Shown here: positions 62,351 through 64,000 of the stretch, piece after piece | Position numbering within the stretch: position 1 is the stretch's first letter | Layout of the letters: each line of letters begins with the position of its first letter | Origin: Candidatus Latescibacterota bacterium | GTDB lineage: Bacteria > Krumholzibacteriota > Krumholzibacteriia > WVZY01 | Length of the DNA stretch: 64,000 nucleotides | Direction of reading: 5' to 3' | Assembly: GCA_963791045.1 (NCBI GenBank) | Contig: CAWBQK010000017.1 | Span: 128,001 to 192,000, forward strand | Notes under the pieces: model-generated | Told to the model about the DNA's origin: nothing | The model's database searches: none | The model's input: the letters and a program-made list of their open reading frames with translations, nothing else | Translations under genes and position numbers: made by a program

Positions 62351-62597
62351 GGGCCCTCCAAGAGCGGTGTGGACGTAGACGATGTCAGATAGGACAGTCT
62401 AACACGAGCGCCAACGACCTGTAAAATCGTTTTCATATCGGAACCTCGATCGAGGTCCCCGCGAATCGGCCGCCGGAAAGAAGAGATGGTGACGAATTGA
62501 TTTCCACTTGACTTGATATGGAGTTGCGGTAAGTTTGCTGTAGGATATTCGAGGGTTTTTCAGGGCTGGACGATGAAAGCAGGCAAGGAACACATCC

Positions 62598-63130
62598 ATG
62601 GCTAAACGCTGATACGACAATCGTGAAATACAACCGGAAAAGCTGGTGGGAGCGGGTCTATCTTTTTGAGATCTTCCGTGGGATGGGAATCACCATTTCG
62701 CATTTCTTCCACAATATGGCGGAACTCCGCAAAGGCAAAGTCGGGATGACGTATCAATACCCTGAACAGCCAAAACCGATCGATCGGTGTGGAAGGGCGA
62801 ACACAGGCTGATGCACCGTGAAGACGGCACGCCGCGTTGCGTGGCTTGTAACTGCTGCTCCACGCTTGTCCGGCCGACTGTATCCACATTACGGCGGCCG
62901 ACTCAGGTCATGACGGCGTGGAGAAATACCCCATCGGGTTCGACATCGATATTCTGCAGTGTGTGTTTTGCGGGATGTGCGTAGAGGCGTGCCCGTGTGA
63001 TGCGATTCGGATGGACACGGGGAAGTTCCCCGAGTCCGGTTACGATGGTCCCATTCGAATTTTCAACATTGACTATTTGATGAACAATCATCCCGAGGCC
63101 GTTAGCAAGGTCAGCGAAGCGATCTACTAG
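62598..63130 (+). CDS. nuoI: NADH-quinone oxidoreductase subunit I-like ferredoxin (three small indels)
   Basis: Frames join to give YLFEIFRGM.IT..HF...TYQYPE...KGEHRL...CVACNCCSTACPADCI...CVFCGMCVEACPCDAI. Confidence 0.8.
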
Positions 63131-63151
63131 ACAGCCCCGGATCCTCTCCGT

Positions 63152-64000
63152 TCACGACTCCGGAAAAATTTTGCCGGGATTGAGGATGCCTTTCGGATCG
63201 AAGGCATCCTTTAAACGTTGCATCAAGGCTATCTCGTGGGGTTTGAAAGCAATCCGAGATACGGCTTTTGCGAGTAGCCGATTCCGTGTTCGCCGGATAT
63301 CGTCCCGCCCAGCGACACGGTGAGTTCAAAAATCTCCCTGATGGCTGGTTCGAGATTGCGGCTCCAATCCTCGTCGCTCATATCCATTTTCAAGATATTG
63401 ACATGAAGGTTCCCGTCTCCGGCATGCCCGTAACAGACGGTTGTGATGCCGTGCCGTTTCGCGATTTTTTTTACCCCGAGAAGAAGGGGGACAAGATTGT
63501 AGCGGGGAACGACCGTGTCTTCTTCCTTGTAAACCGATACGGATTTGACCGCCTCGCCGGTCGCCCGCCGCATATCCCATATTTCGTTCTGCCGGGTTGA
63601 CGAATCGGCAAGGAGCACATCGGATGCGCCTTGTTCGAGGGCGATTTCGCAGACCTTTTCGGCGGATGCGTGCAAAACCGTTTCGTCGTTGCCGTCAAGT
63701 TCGACGATCAGCTGTGCGGCGGCGTCACTGTTGGGTATCGATGAATCGAGGTGCTTCTCAGCAATCTTTATCGCGTCGCGTTCCATGAGTTCGAGGGCCG
63801 AGGGGGTGATGCCGGCGTTCATTATTGCGGGAACTGTGCGGGCGGCGGACTCGAGAGTTGGAAAGGGAACGAGAAGTGTGAGCCGGTGTTTGGGCAGTGG
63901 AATCAGTTTGAGGTAGATTTTGGTAATGACGGCAAGGGTCCCCTCGGATCCCACTATCAGCTGCGTGAGATTGTAACCCGTCGAATTCTTCAGAAGTTTC
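63152..64000 (-). CDS. FAD-linked oxidase, GlcD/D-lactate dehydrogenase family (5' partial; indel near 63256)
   Basis: GYNLTQL..GSEGTL, EDTVVP, GHAGDGNLH and SGEHGIG; the shifted frame ends LKDAFDPKGILNPGKIF. Confidence 0.9.

Noticed and set aside
62598-62625. In-frame TGA after the nuoI start as selenocysteine or readthrough
   Set aside because: The downstream coding sequence is in a different frame, so an extra base explains it, and the position is not a Cys site.
1-64000. CRISPR array, prophage, IS element or defence system
   Set aside because: No spaced direct repeats, and no integrase, transposase, phage structural or recognisable defence genes were seen.

Overview
64 kb of a GC-rich bacterial chromosome with no rRNA, intact tRNA, CRISPR array, integrase or transposase. 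The secreted-protein signatures (C-terminal FlgD-Ig-type domains and a C-terminal 'TWGxxKxL(Y/F)' motif) suggest an FCB-associated candidate lineage such as Krumholzibacteriota/Latescibacterota/Eisenbacteria; this is inference. Main contents: (i) a Tat-less DMSO-reductase-family molybdoenzyme with a fused ferredoxin/DmsC-like anchor; (ii) a Moco operon (mogA-moaA-moaC-MOSC-moeA-mobA-MOT1-type transporter) with no moaD/moaE; (iii) a DUF6588-like protein with two duplicated lipoproteins; (iv) a secreted hexaheme cytochrome c with an FlgD-type sorting domain; (v) tricorn protease, aminotransferase, pckA and gltA; (vi) two tandem Cys-rich secreted paralogs, each with a near-consensus sigma70 promoter and a conserved, apparently structured ~120-nt leader; (vii) a beta-propeller plus MFP plus two RND permeases; (viii) sucA, bioY, a DHH phosphoesterase, ETF-QO, an orphan nuoI and a GlcD-like oxidase. 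At least ten genes carry single-base indels that look like consensus errors rather than pseudogenes. Best novelty candidates: the TWG C-terminal motif family with its conserved leader RNA, the exported multiheme cytochrome, and MOSC in place of MoaD/E.
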